Below, one piece after another: positions 8,411-17,888 of a stretch of DNA of 49,698 nt (its first letter is position 1; the number at the start of each line of letters is the position of its first letter). Where the stretch lies: positions 1-49,698 of IMG/VR virus record IMGVR_UViG_3300045988_135203, one strand, 5' to 3'. Both the position numbers and the translations under genes were made by a program. Source of the stretch: a virus. The notes beneath the pieces are model-generated. The model saw only the letters and a program-made list of their open reading frames with translations, did not search any database and had not been told where the DNA came from.

Positions 8411-9455
8411 TTTCTTTTAACTCCTCTTTTTCCTTTTTCTTTTTAGACCTCATTTTTGCATTATGAACTCTACACGCTGGACAAATTGTTGTTGGATTAT
8501 CTGCATCAATTTCAAACGCATTATTACATTGCGCGCACCAATCTACTTCAGTTGTACAACAATCTGGACAATAATATTTAGTTTTATTACCATCTTTGCT
8601 TAAAGCTGGAATAACTTCATAATCATGGAAATATTTATTACATTTATCGCATTTTAAAGTTGCATAATTATACTCAGCATCATCATCATCATACCAAGAT
8701 TTTTTTCTTCCTCTTTGAAAATAATAATTCCAAGAATTATTGGCATAACTATATTCAATATACTCAAAAAATGGTATATCTTTTACTTTTAGCATATTTT
8801 CAACTTTTTGTATAGTATTTAACATTGCCCCGACACGAAGAGTTTCACTAATGGTATGTTCATCTTCATAGCCAATAGATAAATTAACTCCTGCAATTCC
8901 CCAGGTTGGACAAATTACACTAATATCAGAAAAAGAACCAAAAGTTTCGACAAAGCCAAATTTTTCTATGTATTCTACAAAATCTCTATTATCACAATCA
9001 TAAAATACACAATCATTTGTACCTCTGCGGTCAAGCTGAATAATATATTTTAATTCTGATTCTGGAGATTTAATATCTTCAACTAATTGACTTGCTCCAA
9101 CAGCGCCAATTTCTTCATCTGTTGTAAAAATAATTGAAGGTCTATATCCATGTTTTAAAATTGTCAAAATAGCAAAAATACCTGCGCGGTCATCTGCCCC
9201 TAAACCATCTGGACTCCAGCAAACCCCTTTTCGTTCATCATAATATATATCTTCTGGGGGACTAGAAAACACTGTATCCATATGTGCAACTAAGGCTATT
9301 GGAATTTCACCTACCGCATAAAGATATTCTGATGCAACAATTACTTTTTTATATCTTTTCTTTAAATAACTATATAAAGCTCTACGCATTGAATTTTGTG
9401 TTAAAGAAGCTAAAGATTCAAAAAGTTTAAATTCATTTCGATTAAGTCTTTCCAT
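8397..9455 (-). CDS. M20/M28/M42-like Zn metallopeptidase domain fused to a C-terminal multi-CxxC zinc ribbon
   Basis: Motifs ALVAHMDTV (H-x-D), GADDRAG and TTDEEIGAVGA (Glu-Glu) in order, as in MH-clan aminopeptidases. The C-terminus reads CDKC...CPDCC...CAQC...CPAC. Confidence 0.65.
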   Translation of the reverse strand: MERLNRNEFKLFESLASLTQNSMRRALYSYLKKRYKKVIVASEYLYAVGEIPIALVAHMDTVFSSPPEDIYYDERKGVCWSPDGLGADDRAGIFAILTILKHGYRPSIIFTTDEEIGAVGASQLVEDIKSPESELKYIIQLDRRGTNDCVFYDCDNRDFVEYIEKFGFVETFGSFSDISVICPTWGIAGVNLSIGYEDEHTISETLRVGAMLNTIQKVENMLKVKDIPFFEYIEYSYANNSWNYYFQRGRKKSWYDDDDAEYNYATLKCDKCNKYFHDYEVIPALSKDGNKTKYYCPDCCTTEVDWCAQCNNAFEIDADNPTTICPACRVHNAKMRSKKKKEKEELKENGIQ

Positions 9456-9483
9456 TCACATTCCCCCTTTATTTTATATATAT

Positions 9484-9512
9484 ATTATATATTATTTATA
9501 ATAAAAAATCAA
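9484..9512 (-). promoter_or_regulatory. Class A promoter for 8397-9455
   Basis: TTGATT-N17-TATAAT. Confidence 0.55.
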
Positions 9513-10294
9513 TTATGGTCTATTTGCTCTTGAGCTTCCAAAAGAAAATCCTCATTAGCAAACATCATTGCTCTATAACATGCACGACAAGCTCCTCCAC
9601 TCATACAACGTTGTCCGCAACTAACTCTTTTTTTAATTACATCTTTTACAATTAAACGATTTAGTGCGGGATAGTCTAAATCTGTAACCAAAAGGTCTAA
9701 CCGCACATTCCATTCTTTTCTATTTTTATATATATCAAAAATAGCCTCTTCTTGATTGAGACCATCTGCATTAAATTCGTATGTAGTTATATATTTATCA
9801 TATATATCTAAGTCTTCTGGACGAATCCAAGAGCCACAAATGCCATTTTCTCTTTTTAAATCATCTTTTGCGGCGAGGTTAGGTGTTATGCGCAATGGAC
9901 ATTCGGTCAGCTCTGTTAATTGCGGTAATTGAAAAAATAGAGGCGCATCAATATTTAAGTAACATACTCCCATATGTACAAGCGCTTTTGCCTGATGAAA
10001 TGCAGTAACTGGTAAACCGCTATAAGAAGGAATACCATTATTTATACTATTTAATATTTCCCAGCTTTCAAAGGCTTCTGTAATTAATTTGTTTCTAGAT
10101 AAAGTATTATAATTTTTTAATTCTTCCCAATCTATAATTCTACTTCCTCTTGGCTGTAAAGAAAGAATTATAGTTTTATCAGGATATTGTTCAAATATTT
10201 CTGGTAATATTTTTCTATCTTTAAATGAGACTTTAATTTCATCTGCTTGGTCAAGAATGTTTTTTCTATGACCATATCTTAAACAAAACTTCAT
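9509..10294 (-). CDS. Hypothetical protein with C-terminal Cys cluster (CGQRCMSGGACRACY)
   Basis: 261-aa ORF preceded by a class A promoter at 9484-9512. Confidence 0.6.
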   Translation of the reverse strand: MKFCLRYGHRKNILDQADEIKVSFKDRKILPEIFEQYPDKTIILSLQPRGSRIIDWEELKNYNTLSRNKLITEAFESWEILNSINNGIPSYSGLPVTAFHQAKALVHMGVCYLNIDAPLFFQLPQLTELTECPLRITPNLAAKDDLKRENGICGSWIRPEDLDIYDKYITTYEFNADGLNQEEAIFDIYKNRKEWNVRLDLLVTDLDYPALNRLIVKDVIKKRVSCGQRCMSGGACRACYRAMMFANEDFLLEAQEQIDHN

Positions 10295-10367
10295 AAAAAT
10301 TCTCCTTTTTTATAATAATTATATCAAAATCAAGTTTTTTCGTCAAAAATTAGTATAAGGTCTTTTT

Positions 10368-10410
10368 GTTCCCGGGTTGCGATGCGCGCAGGCGTTGGCG
10401 CCCGGTTTTG
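10368..10410. terminator. GC-rich hairpin downstream of 10468-10902
   Basis: CCCGGGTTGCGATGCGCGCAGGCGTTGGCGCCCGG then TTTTGCTTTT on the plus strand. It is atypically GC-rich for this genome. Confidence 0.35.
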
Positions 10411-10467
10411 CTTTTCCTCTTTTGACTAAATAAAAAGAAAAGGGATAGATTTCTCTATCCCTTGGTC

Positions 10468-10902
10468 TTACTCTTCTACAGAATCAGTAGGCTCAACAGC
10501 CTGAGCTGCCTTATATCCTTTAACTACTCTGGATTTCTTACCTTCAGCCGCAGGTAACTCAATATCAGCTTTCTCTGCCTTACCAGCCTCAACCAGTTTA
10601 TTCAGACGGTATACACATTTACTTACAGTCACATCTTCCATATCAACTTTAGCTGCAATCTCAGCAATCGGCTCATAATCCTCTGTCAATACTGCTTCAA
10701 TAGCTTTTGTAAGCTCATCTCCTGCAGAACGTTTCTTAGCCGCCAGCTCTTTTGCCTTAATCTCTTTGTTATCAAGAATTGCAATCTGTCTTACACAAAA
10801 AGCTTCAAGAGTAGACTCATCCAGGTCCATTTTACCTGTTCTCGCAAGTGTAAGCAGCTCATTATAAATTTCCTTTTTTGTCCATTTTCTTTCTTCTTCC
10901 AT
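10468..10902 (-). CDS. Putative DNA-binding protein (helix-turn-helix-like segment), acidic C-terminus
   Basis: 144-aa ORF with the segment VSKCVYRLNKLVEAG, followed by a GC-rich hairpin at 10368-10410. Confidence 0.5.
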   Translation of the reverse strand: MEEERKWTKKEIYNELLTLARTGKMDLDESTLEAFCVRQIAILDNKEIKAKELAAKKRSAGDELTKAIEAVLTEDYEPIAEIAAKVDMEDVTVSKCVYRLNKLVEAGKAEKADIELPAAEGKKSRVVKGYKAAQAVEPTDSVEE

Positions 10903-10955
10903 TATTCTTTTCTCCTTTTTGTTTTTATTATATCATTATTTATTTATTTTGTCAA

Positions 10956-12710
10956 TTAAACATTTAATTCAAAAATTTTGCAAATCCTACCATCAGAATA
11001 CAAATCCATAATTACTTTTGAATCTGATTCATCAATTTTTTCTTTCTCTGCTGTCCAAAAAGTATTAGAATTTCTAATAATTGCAGCGATAGCTTTATCC
11101 GTAAGCTGATCTGTTGTAATATAGTCTAAATCATGCCAGAAAAATGATTCATACTTCTGATGTTTAATCTTACCATTAAAGAAACTACACTCTCCATCAC
11201 ATAAATCATCATAGTCATCATTATAAATTAATAAAGGACGTTTATAGAACTTATCTTCAGTTCCAGGTACTTTTACAAATACTTTAGATAAATTAGAAAT
11301 AAGGTGTAAATTTCCAGTTAAAATATCTTCATCTGTACCATATTCATAGCATGATTCACAAAGAATTTCACCATCTACTTCATAGAAATCTTCATCATAA
11401 ATTCTATCATCACATCTGTCACATCTGCGATATCCAGAACATTCAAGACAAATTGTATCTCCTTCAGAATCCCAAGTAAATTTTTCGCCAGCTGTTCCAC
11501 AAATCATACATTCTGATTTACCAGAATAACAAAATTTAATTTCTGTTTTAGGTCTACTTTCAATATATCTAGGAAAATAACCTAAATGTCCTGAGCAAAA
11601 ATCATTATACATCAAAGTTGTATATGGTTTAACAGAAATCTGATGTTCAACTACATACTCGCTACCTGCTGGATTATCATATGTATCAAAAGCATGGTAT
11701 TTTTCAGACCAATAATCCTCGTGTTCTGTACCCTCAACTTCTCTAATCATCTGATTAACCCAATACTCAGACCGCACTTTGTTATCAAGCTCTTTTAACC
11801 AATTTAAAACTTCTCCTGTAATATATTTATTGCGATATGGATAACTTTTAATTTCACAAATAATGTCATTATTTACAATAAAAAGTTCTCTCCACTTTTT
11901 ACTATTCCAATATTCAATTTTTCCATCAGAAAGCGGAATTGCCATTGGGTTATTTGCTGATTCAAGATAAGCAACCAATACCATTGGAGAGTTCATCATT
12001 TCAACAGTACCCTGGCGATAACATCCATCTTCTTTCCAACTCATACAAGAAGACCAATCACACTCATTATCACTCATGGTCATATAATCAAGAGGATGAA
12101 TGGAAAGAGTAAGTCTACCTTTCAGCTTCTTCTGGTTTAAAGCCTGAGAATGTTTAATTCTGAAATCCTCAAAATAAGGTAAATCATAAGCTGCCGCAAT
12201 TTTACCAATCATTTTGGTAATTTTACATCCAGTAGAAACTCTAATCGGCTTTTCTGGATTCTTAGGATTTGGAACGGCGAAAGAAGCATCACTCCACACA
12301 TTACTAACAAGATTACCAGTATCAAGCATGTAAGCTAACTGGTTACGTACTTTACTTAATCCAGATTCATATTTATAAGCAGAATCAGAATAAACAAAAC
12401 AATCAAACCAAGCATCATAAAAAGCATAAGAATGTCTACCTACTTCTTCAGAGGCACGAGAATCAAAGCAATTTTTGGATACTTTCGCATAGAGTTCATC
12501 AAAGTCGGCTTCAAACTCAATGTCTTTGGAAATCTGAAACTGATGACCAAGCATGGTATACAGATAGCTTTTATTTGCATTCCACTCTCTAAGAATATAA
12601 GAAAGGTCTGCCTTCAAAGGCATATACTGTCCATTGTTTGCAGCATTATCTTCGATATAACTCTTAATCATTGCTTTCTCTTTGTCAGATAATTTATCAA
12701 ATAACATCAT
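10956..12710 (-). CDS. Large paralog 2 of the duplicated family (HPLDY...WNSKKWR core, multiple C-terminal zinc ribbons)
   Basis: 584-aa ORF carrying the same core motifs as 7121-8410 plus CMICG...CLEC...CDRC...CESC. Confidence 0.7.
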   Translation of the reverse strand: MMLFDKLSDKEKAMIKSYIEDNAANNGQYMPLKADLSYILREWNANKSYLYTMLGHQFQISKDIEFEADFDELYAKVSKNCFDSRASEEVGRHSYAFYDAWFDCFVYSDSAYKYESGLSKVRNQLAYMLDTGNLVSNVWSDASFAVPNPKNPEKPIRVSTGCKITKMIGKIAAAYDLPYFEDFRIKHSQALNQKKLKGRLTLSIHPLDYMTMSDNECDWSSCMSWKEDGCYRQGTVEMMNSPMVLVAYLESANNPMAIPLSDGKIEYWNSKKWRELFIVNNDIICEIKSYPYRNKYITGEVLNWLKELDNKVRSEYWVNQMIREVEGTEHEDYWSEKYHAFDTYDNPAGSEYVVEHQISVKPYTTLMYNDFCSGHLGYFPRYIESRPKTEIKFCYSGKSECMICGTAGEKFTWDSEGDTICLECSGYRRCDRCDDRIYDEDFYEVDGEILCESCYEYGTDEDILTGNLHLISNLSKVFVKVPGTEDKFYKRPLLIYNDDYDDLCDGECSFFNGKIKHQKYESFFWHDLDYITTDQLTDKAIAAIIRNSNTFWTAEKEKIDESDSKVIMDLYSDGRICKIFELNV

Positions 12711-12754
12711 ATAATCAATTCCTCTCTTTTTCTTTTCTTTTTTATTATGTATAT

Positions 12755-12783
12755 ATTATATAATTTTTTTAATAAAAAATCAA
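12755..12783 (-). promoter_or_regulatory. Class A promoter for 10956-12710
   Basis: TTGATT-N17-TATAAT. Confidence 0.55.
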
Positions 12784-12789
12784 TGAAGA

Positions 12790-12978
12790 TTAATAGTCGC
12801 GTTTAATTCTGCCGTATCCGTAATATTCAAACATATCTTCCAAATTATCATCCATCGAATGATAATCTTCTTCTGGCTCTACAAAACCTCTTGGACAATC
12901 ATGAACATATTTAAACTCTGTATCACCCATCTGCGCTTTCTCCTGCTCCCTCTGTGCAAAAGTTTTAAGTTCTTCCAT
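12790..12978 (-). CDS. Small acidic hypothetical protein
   Basis: 62-aa ORF. Confidence 0.45.
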   Translation of the reverse strand: MEELKTFAQREQEKAQMGDTEFKYVHDCPRGFVEPEEDYHSMDDNLEDMFEYYGYGRIKRDY

Positions 12979-12991
12979 TATTTATCACCTC

Positions 12992-13192
12992 CTATTTTGA
13001 CATTAATTTAAAAAACTTAGCTTTATCCGCATAGTTGTAAATTAAGTTAAGCATAATAACAAATAACATAAACCAACTTGGTTTATCTCCTGCGGCAGCT
13101 AATCCAATAGAAGCCACCAATAAAATTGACCATATCCAGGCAAAAGTTTTATTATATTTATATTCTTTTGCCCATCTTTCTTTATCAGTCAT
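12992..13192 (-). CDS. Small membrane protein
   Basis: 66 aa with one long hydrophobic segment and a class A promoter at 13224-13252. Confidence 0.5.
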   Translation of the reverse strand: MTDKERWAKEYKYNKTFAWIWSILLVASIGLAAAGDKPSWFMLFVIMLNLIYNYADKAKFFKLMSK

Positions 13193-13223
13193 TTATTTTT
13201 CCTTTCCTTTATTTTGTAAATAT

Positions 13224-13252
13224 ATTATATAATTTTTTTAAATAAAAATCAA
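13224..13252 (-). promoter_or_regulatory. Class A promoter for 12992-13192
   Basis: TTGATT-N17-TATAAT. Confidence 0.55.
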
Positions 13253-13440
13253 TGGCTATCATTGTACCAGCTTTCTACAGTTTTTTTAATGTATTTAAGG
13301 TCATTCTCGCTAAGATCTTCTGGAACATCAATTTGAAAACTGTCAAGATTACCTAATGTTGCCTGCTTTTTAATTTCATTTATAATTTTATCAAGATAAC
13401 ATTGGTGTGCATAACTCATAAATTCTATGCTAGGAATCAT
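13249..13440 (-). CDS. Small hypothetical protein
   Basis: 63-aa ORF tightly packed with 13444-14244. Confidence 0.45.
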   Translation of the reverse strand: MIPSIEFMSYAHQCYLDKIINEIKKQATLGNLDSFQIDVPEDLSENDLKYIKKTVESWYNDSH

Positions 13441-13443
13441 AAT

Positions 13444-14244
13444 TTATTTCTCCTTTATAATATTGCATCTGGTTAAAATAGTCTGATTTACACCCTTATA
13501 AGTTTTATGTGCTTTTACAGTTCCTCTAAGATTATACTCTTCATTCTCTTCAAGGACAGTTTTCTGAGAACTAGTAATCCAAATATATACATTTCCGCAA
13601 ATATCTTCAAGAACATAAAGTGTTTGCATTCCAAAAGCTCCTTCAAGTTCTTTAATTTTTGTAACTTTTGCGGTAATTTCTATTCTTTCTCCTAAAATAC
13701 CCATGTACTGAGAGACAGATTCACCATAAATAAGTGAATCAACAACCTCTGAAATCTGAGTATCTGATAATAGTTTTCCAGTTTCTTCATTACCAATCTT
13801 AGACCATTCAAGTTTAAGAGGTATTAATTCTTCTGGAAAGTCTGATGGAAGTTCAATTTCAGAGCTTAAACCCCAACCCCAAAATTTAGTGTATTTACAA
13901 CCAATAGACTTTAAATAATCTTTATAATTATAAGTATTACCGGAAAAAATGGTAATATAGCCTTTTGTAAATCCAAAAAGTTCTTTCTGAGATTTCCAAT
14001 AGGGGTCATTGTCATGGTATGTTTCAGTGGCGGGACTCCAATAATATGAGTCTTTTGTTATAGTTTTTTGGGAAACCGCACTGCCTGGATACATCTTATT
14101 ATATTCTTTCTCAGTATACCATCTTACTTTACGCTCAGTACCAGTTTTTGGATTTCGTACTTTAATGTACATCTTTCCATTTTCTTTAAAAGGCTCAGTC
14201 AACATTTCCATATTCTGAAATGACTTTGCTACCATACTTATCAT
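13444..14244 (-). CDS. Hypothetical protein
   Basis: 266-aa ORF with a terminator-plus-promoter unit upstream at 14256-14320. Confidence 0.6.
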   Translation of the reverse strand: MISMVAKSFQNMEMLTEPFKENGKMYIKVRNPKTGTERKVRWYTEKEYNKMYPGSAVSQKTITKDSYYWSPATETYHDNDPYWKSQKELFGFTKGYITIFSGNTYNYKDYLKSIGCKYTKFWGWGLSSEIELPSDFPEELIPLKLEWSKIGNEETGKLLSDTQISEVVDSLIYGESVSQYMGILGERIEITAKVTKIKELEGAFGMQTLYVLEDICGNVYIWITSSQKTVLEENEEYNLRGTVKAHKTYKGVNQTILTRCNIIKEK

Positions 14245-14261
14245 CTTCCTTTCTTAACTTT

Positions 14262-14292
14262 CTATAATTATTATATTATATTTTTTATAAAA
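14262..14292 (-). promoter_or_regulatory. Degenerate class A promoter for 13444-14244 (no clear -35)
   Basis: TTTTTTATAAAAAATATAATATAATAATTATAG follows the terminator hairpin. Confidence 0.35.
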
Positions 14293-14320
14293 AATAAAGG
14301 GTGGACTTTTGTCCACCCTT
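14285..14320 (-). terminator. Intrinsic terminator after 14319-14600
   Basis: AAGGGTGGACAAAAGTCCACCCTT hairpin followed by a U-run on the minus RNA. Confidence 0.6.
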
Positions 14321-14600
14321 AATCATTTTTATCTTTACTTAAATCTATAGATTTAAAAAAGCCTCCAATCCAACCTAGCGCACCTGCAATAATTGGTAAG
14401 TTTTCCGGTACGAAAGTTTTAGTGTTAAAAAGAGTATTTAAACTATTACATAGAATATTTCCAAAAGTAATTTTACAGAGCCAGCCTCCAAAATAACTAA
14501 TGAAAAAAGAAATCATTGGAGCAAAAATAATTAAAGCAATAACTCCAACAAAAGCCGCAATTATTCCTAATCCTTCAAAAAAATCACTATCATTCTTCAT
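14319..14600 (-). CDS. Small membrane protein (2 TM helices)
   Basis: 93 aa with hydrophobic segments, followed by an intrinsic terminator. Confidence 0.55.
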   Translation of the reverse strand: MKNDSDFFEGLGIIAAFVGVIALIIFAPMISFFISYFGGWLCKITFGNILCNSLNTLFNTKTFVPENLPIIAGALGWIGGFFKSIDLSKDKND

Positions 14601-14601
14601 A

Positions 14602-14874
14602 TTATTTACTCTCCTTAAATATTACTTTTCCTTCAATAATACCAAAATTAGAATCTTCCTGAAACGTAAATGTTTCTGGTTTTTCATCTTCTCGCATAGG
14701 TCTTGTGAGATACCAAACATCACTATCTTTCCAAGTAGCTTCAATTACTTTCTGCCCTTTTGGAACATCAATAGATATAGTTCCACCCATTTTTTTAGCT
14801 ACTGATTTGCACCCTGTTAAGCTGAACCCCATTACTACTAAAAGCATAATCCCCGCAATTATTTTTTTCTTCAC
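14602..14874 (-). CDS. Lipoprotein (signal peptide plus lipobox LTGC)
   Basis: N-terminus MKKKIIAGIMLLVVMGFSLTGCKS, with a class A promoter at 14909-14937. Confidence 0.6.
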   Translation of the reverse strand: MKKKIIAGIMLLVVMGFSLTGCKSVAKKMGGTISIDVPKGQKVIEATWKDSDVWYLTRPMREDEKPETFTFQEDSNFGIIEGKVIFKESK

Positions 14875-14908
14875 TTTTCTTTTTTTCCTTTCTTTTTATT
14901 ATGTAAAT

Positions 14909-14937
14909 ATTATAGAATATTTTTTTTAAAAAATCAA
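14909..14937 (-). promoter_or_regulatory. Class A promoter for 14602-14874
   Basis: TTGATT-N17-TATAAT. Confidence 0.5.
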
Positions 14938-15017
14938 AAATTTTCTAAAAACAAGGACAAAAAAGTTTAAACTGGATTTTTAAAAAATTTTTTCATACAA
15001 TGTATTTAGAAATTAAA

Positions 15018-15221
15018 TCAACCCACAATCATTCCCTTAATGCTTAAATTTAAAGCAGCAATAATTACTATAATCACCACAATAAATAAAATTGTTATAC
15101 AAATTTTTTCATCTTTATTTCTACTTTTAAATATTACTTTAATGTAAATAGGAATAGTTATATGAAGCATAAAAATAGAAAATAAAAAATAAAAAATAGA
15201 AAAAATATAAATCATGTGCAT
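15018..15221 (-). CDS. Small membrane protein
   Basis: 67 aa, strongly hydrophobic. Confidence 0.45.
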   Translation of the reverse strand: MHMIYIFSIFYFLFSIFMLHITIPIYIKVIFKSRNKDEKICITILFIVVIIVIIAALNLSIKGMIVG

Positions 15222-15421
15222 AAAAAGTAATAAAATAAATAACTGCCGCCAACTAGAAATGCTATAATAACAGCGATTGTCATAGCAATTCCAAGACTAA
15301 TAAATCCCATGGCTACAACACTTCCAAATGAAATATGCTTTCGTTCAGTCCACGCGAAATAAATTCCAAAAGCAAACCAGATAATAAGCCAAATACCAAT
15401 AAATATAATAAAGTAAATCAT
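15212..15421 (-). CDS. Small membrane protein (2 TM helices)
   Basis: 69 aa, hydrophobic. Confidence 0.5.
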   Translation of the reverse strand: MIYFIIFIGIWLIIWFAFGIYFAWTERKHISFGSVVAMGFISLGIAMTIAVIIAFLVGGSYLFYYFLCT

Positions 15422-15439
15422 ATTATTCTCCTTTCTTGT

Positions 15440-15799
15440 TTAAAGATATGACGTATTAGAATATTTGTTGATTGCAGTTTTAGTTTCCTCAAATAAAGTT
15501 GAAGTTACACTTTCATTTGGTGGAAAGTTATAAAAAGTTTTACCAGCGGTTTTACGTGCCATATAGCCGTCAAGCGCAGACATAGCTTTTTCTTCTGTAC
15601 TGTATCGAGCCATTTCAAAATGATGGCTATTTTTACCATATTTTTCTTTAAAAACATCTTCAGTAGTTGGATATAGCCAAATCAAGTAATAATAACTAAT
15701 TCCTGTTTTAGCATTTACAATTTGTTCTTTACTAATACGAACAACTTCATCGGTTGTATTAATAATTGTTTTTCTACTCTGGCTTCTAAAAGTCATCAT
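15440..15799 (-). CDS. Hypothetical protein (start trimmed to the internal Met with GGAG RBS)
   Basis: The ORF-track entry 15440-15844 overlaps the upstream gene. ATGATG at 15799 has a GGAG RBS. Confidence 0.5.
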   Translation of the reverse strand: MMTFRSQSRKTIINTTDEVVRISKEQIVNAKTGISYYYLIWLYPTTEDVFKEKYGKNSHHFEMARYSTEEKAMSALDGYMARKTAGKTFYNFPPNESVTSTLFEETKTAINKYSNTSYL

Positions 15800-16271
15800 T
15801 TTTTCTTGGCTCCTTTTTGATTGGCAAGTCTTTGAGGTCTTCAATAAACCAATATTTATCTGGTCTTATAAAATCAAATTTAACTTTAAAAGACCGTAAA
15901 GTTGTACCAGCATATCCCCATCTTTCTTTATCTCCTTCTTTTCGCCAAACAGGAGCAGATACGGAGATAAAAAGTCCATCTACGGGATCTCTGCCCATAT
16001 ATTTATAGGATGAACGTAACATATCGAGAAAGCAATACTCCTGGTAAGTAAGAAAAGGCTGTGGTTTTTCATATTCTTCAATAAGCCATTTTTGAAACTT
16101 TTCCGTACATCTTCTATAAGAAACCGGGTCTGTAGGATTAAGTTTACAATTTTCACAGTCAAGACTACTACACACTCTTGGTTCATTGGTAGCTTTATCG
16201 ACGCCGTAGTTAAGATATTCTACGGCATCGTCTGCAAGTTTCTTAGCAAAATAGACTCTATTTGTAGGCAT
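15786..16271 (-). CDS. Hypothetical Cys-containing protein
   Basis: 161-aa ORF. Confidence 0.55.
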   Translation of the reverse strand: MPTNRVYFAKKLADDAVEYLNYGVDKATNEPRVCSSLDCENCKLNPTDPVSYRRCTEKFQKWLIEEYEKPQPFLTYQEYCFLDMLRSSYKYMGRDPVDGLFISVSAPVWRKEGDKERWGYAGTTLRSFKVKFDFIRPDKYWFIEDLKDLPIKKEPRKNDDF

Positions 16272-16272
16272 A

Positions 16273-16563
16273 TTATTTTACTTCCTCTACGTAATAAGTA
16301 ATCCAGCTTTCTACTTCTTCCTGATAAATTTCTTCTACGTCTTCTTCAGTATATCCTTCTTCAAGACCATAATCTTCCGGGTTTTCCCAAATATCACCAT
16401 AAGATACAATACCATGATAACCTTCATAAGACTGATAATCCTCAAGTGCGCATTCATATGCGTAATTTTCTGCGGCAGCTCGATTTTCAAACTCCTCTGC
16501 TTCAGCTACAAGTCGTGCACCGCCAAAACCGCCACCTAAGCCTGCATAAATATTATATTTCAT
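16273..16563 (-). CDS. Acidic Tyr/Glu-rich hypothetical protein (start trimmed to MKYNIYAG)
   Basis: GGAGG RBS 8 nt before the ATG at 16563. The longer track ORF overlaps its neighbour. Confidence 0.5.
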   Translation of the reverse strand: MKYNIYAGLGGGFGGARLVAEAEEFENRAAAENYAYECALEDYQSYEGYHGIVSYGDIWENPEDYGLEEGYTEEDVEEIYQEEVESWITYYVEEVK

Positions 16564-16897
16564 AATTAATTTCCTCCGTTGAGTTTGATTTATCTTTATC
16601 AAATTTAGCCTTATGCATATTCCAAATTGTTTCAGGCTGAATATTACCATGTTTTACCATATCAAATAAAAAACTTGTCATATTTGCGGCAGTGGTCGCA
16701 TCTGACTTTGCTTTAACTTTATTTTCTGGAATAAATTGAGTTGCATAATAGCATGTGTTTGCAATATCTCTAACTTCATCATAACTTAATTGTACAGTTA
16801 AATAAGAACTATTTTTATCTTCGCAATTTAATTTTTTAATAATCATATTATTATTATCACTACTCCTTTTCACAATTAATAGTTGTGTGAGCTGCAA
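16553..16897 (-). CDS. Hypothetical protein
   Basis: 114-aa ORF. Confidence 0.5.
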   Translation of the reverse strand: MQLTQLLIVKRSSDNNNMIIKKLNCEDKNSSYLTVQLSYDEVRDIANTCYYATQFIPENKVKAKSDATTAANMTSFLFDMVKHGNIQPETIWNMHKAKFDKDKSNSTEEINYEI

Positions 16898-17315
16898 TTA
16901 ATTCATCAATAACATAACATTCATTTTCTTTAATATTATTGAAATTAACATTTAAAGCAGAAATTCCAAAAATGATGTTATCATCAGTTCCAAGAGGTAA
17001 CTTAGCAAGATATAAGTAACTATCTTTGCGATAAATGTATTTGTATCCCTGAGTATAATTTTTTAAAAAATCGTGTTCAAGTTTAGTGATAAGTGGAACA
17101 TATGGGGCTGAAGCCCATTCCAAAGCACGATATTTACAATTAAAAAGCATTTGATGCGGATTTGTACGAACGCAATCAAATAAACAATTATCGCATTCGA
17201 TTGCTTCGCAAGGTGTTAATGTCCTATCTTTTTTATCAATGGCAAAACCGCTGCTACTAAAGTTAGTTATTTTAAGAATTTCATCTTTGTAATGCTCAAA
17301 ATTAGTTTTCATCAT
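16860..17315 (-). CDS. Cys-rich hypothetical protein
   Basis: 151 aa with CEAIECDNCLFDC...C motifs. Confidence 0.55.
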   Translation of the reverse strand: MMKTNFEHYKDEILKITNFSSSGFAIDKKDRTLTPCEAIECDNCLFDCVRTNPHQMLFNCKYRALEWASAPYVPLITKLEHDFLKNYTQGYKYIYRKDSYLYLAKLPLGTDDNIIFGISALNVNFNNIKENECYVIDELIAAHTTINCEKE

Positions 17316-17884
17316 GCATCAAAGTCTTTTCCGAAATGTTTTGCCAAAAGGAAAAGGCTAAATCTTGGGATACAAGCATAGTTTTTAAAAGTAGGACGGT
17401 CGATTTCACGTAATACAAAATCAAGGTCAAACCAGCTAACTGCCGCAATTTCCTCTTCCTGAATTTTAAAGTTGTTTATTTTTGTATCTTCTGGAACTTC
17501 ATAAAGATAAACATATGCAAGTTCTTTATCAATAAATTTTTTACCATGAAATACTTCAGTATAATCAATATTCATTGTTGAAAGAAATTTAAGCTTATCT
17601 TTATCAGTTTTGATACCGAGCTCTTCTGAAAGTTCTCTTAATGCTCCCTGCTCTGTTGTTTCACCTGCTGGAACATGACCTGCGCATGAAGTATCCCATT
17701 GTCCCGGGTAAGAATCTTTATTGAATGCGCGCAGCTGTAAGAGAATTTGCGGTTTTCCATTTTTGTATCTTATAACCCATACATGGGAAGTATGATGGCG
17801 GTATCCTTTAGCATGACATACATCTCTTGGTGCGGTTTTACCTGTTAAACGTCCAAATTCATCAATAATATCGAAATATTCCAT
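17312..17884 (-). CDS. NUDIX hydrolase
   Basis: Canonical Nudix box GHVPAGETTEQGALRELSEELGI (G-x5-E-x7-REUxEExGU). The start is trimmed to MEYFDII, which has a GGAGGA RBS. Confidence 0.85.
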   Translation of the reverse strand: MEYFDIIDEFGRLTGKTAPRDVCHAKGYRHHTSHVWVIRYKNGKPQILLQLRAFNKDSYPGQWDTSCAGHVPAGETTEQGALRELSEELGIKTDKDKLKFLSTMNIDYTEVFHGKKFIDKELAYVYLYEVPEDTKINNFKIQEEEIAAVSWFDLDFVLREIDRPTFKNYACIPRFSLFLLAKHFGKDFDA

Positions 17885-17888
17885 ATAA

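Noticed and set aside
10368-10410. GC-rich hairpin as attachment site or tRNA fragment
   Set aside because: No tRNA-like T-loop or direct repeats are present. It is most simply a strong (bidirectional) transcription terminator.
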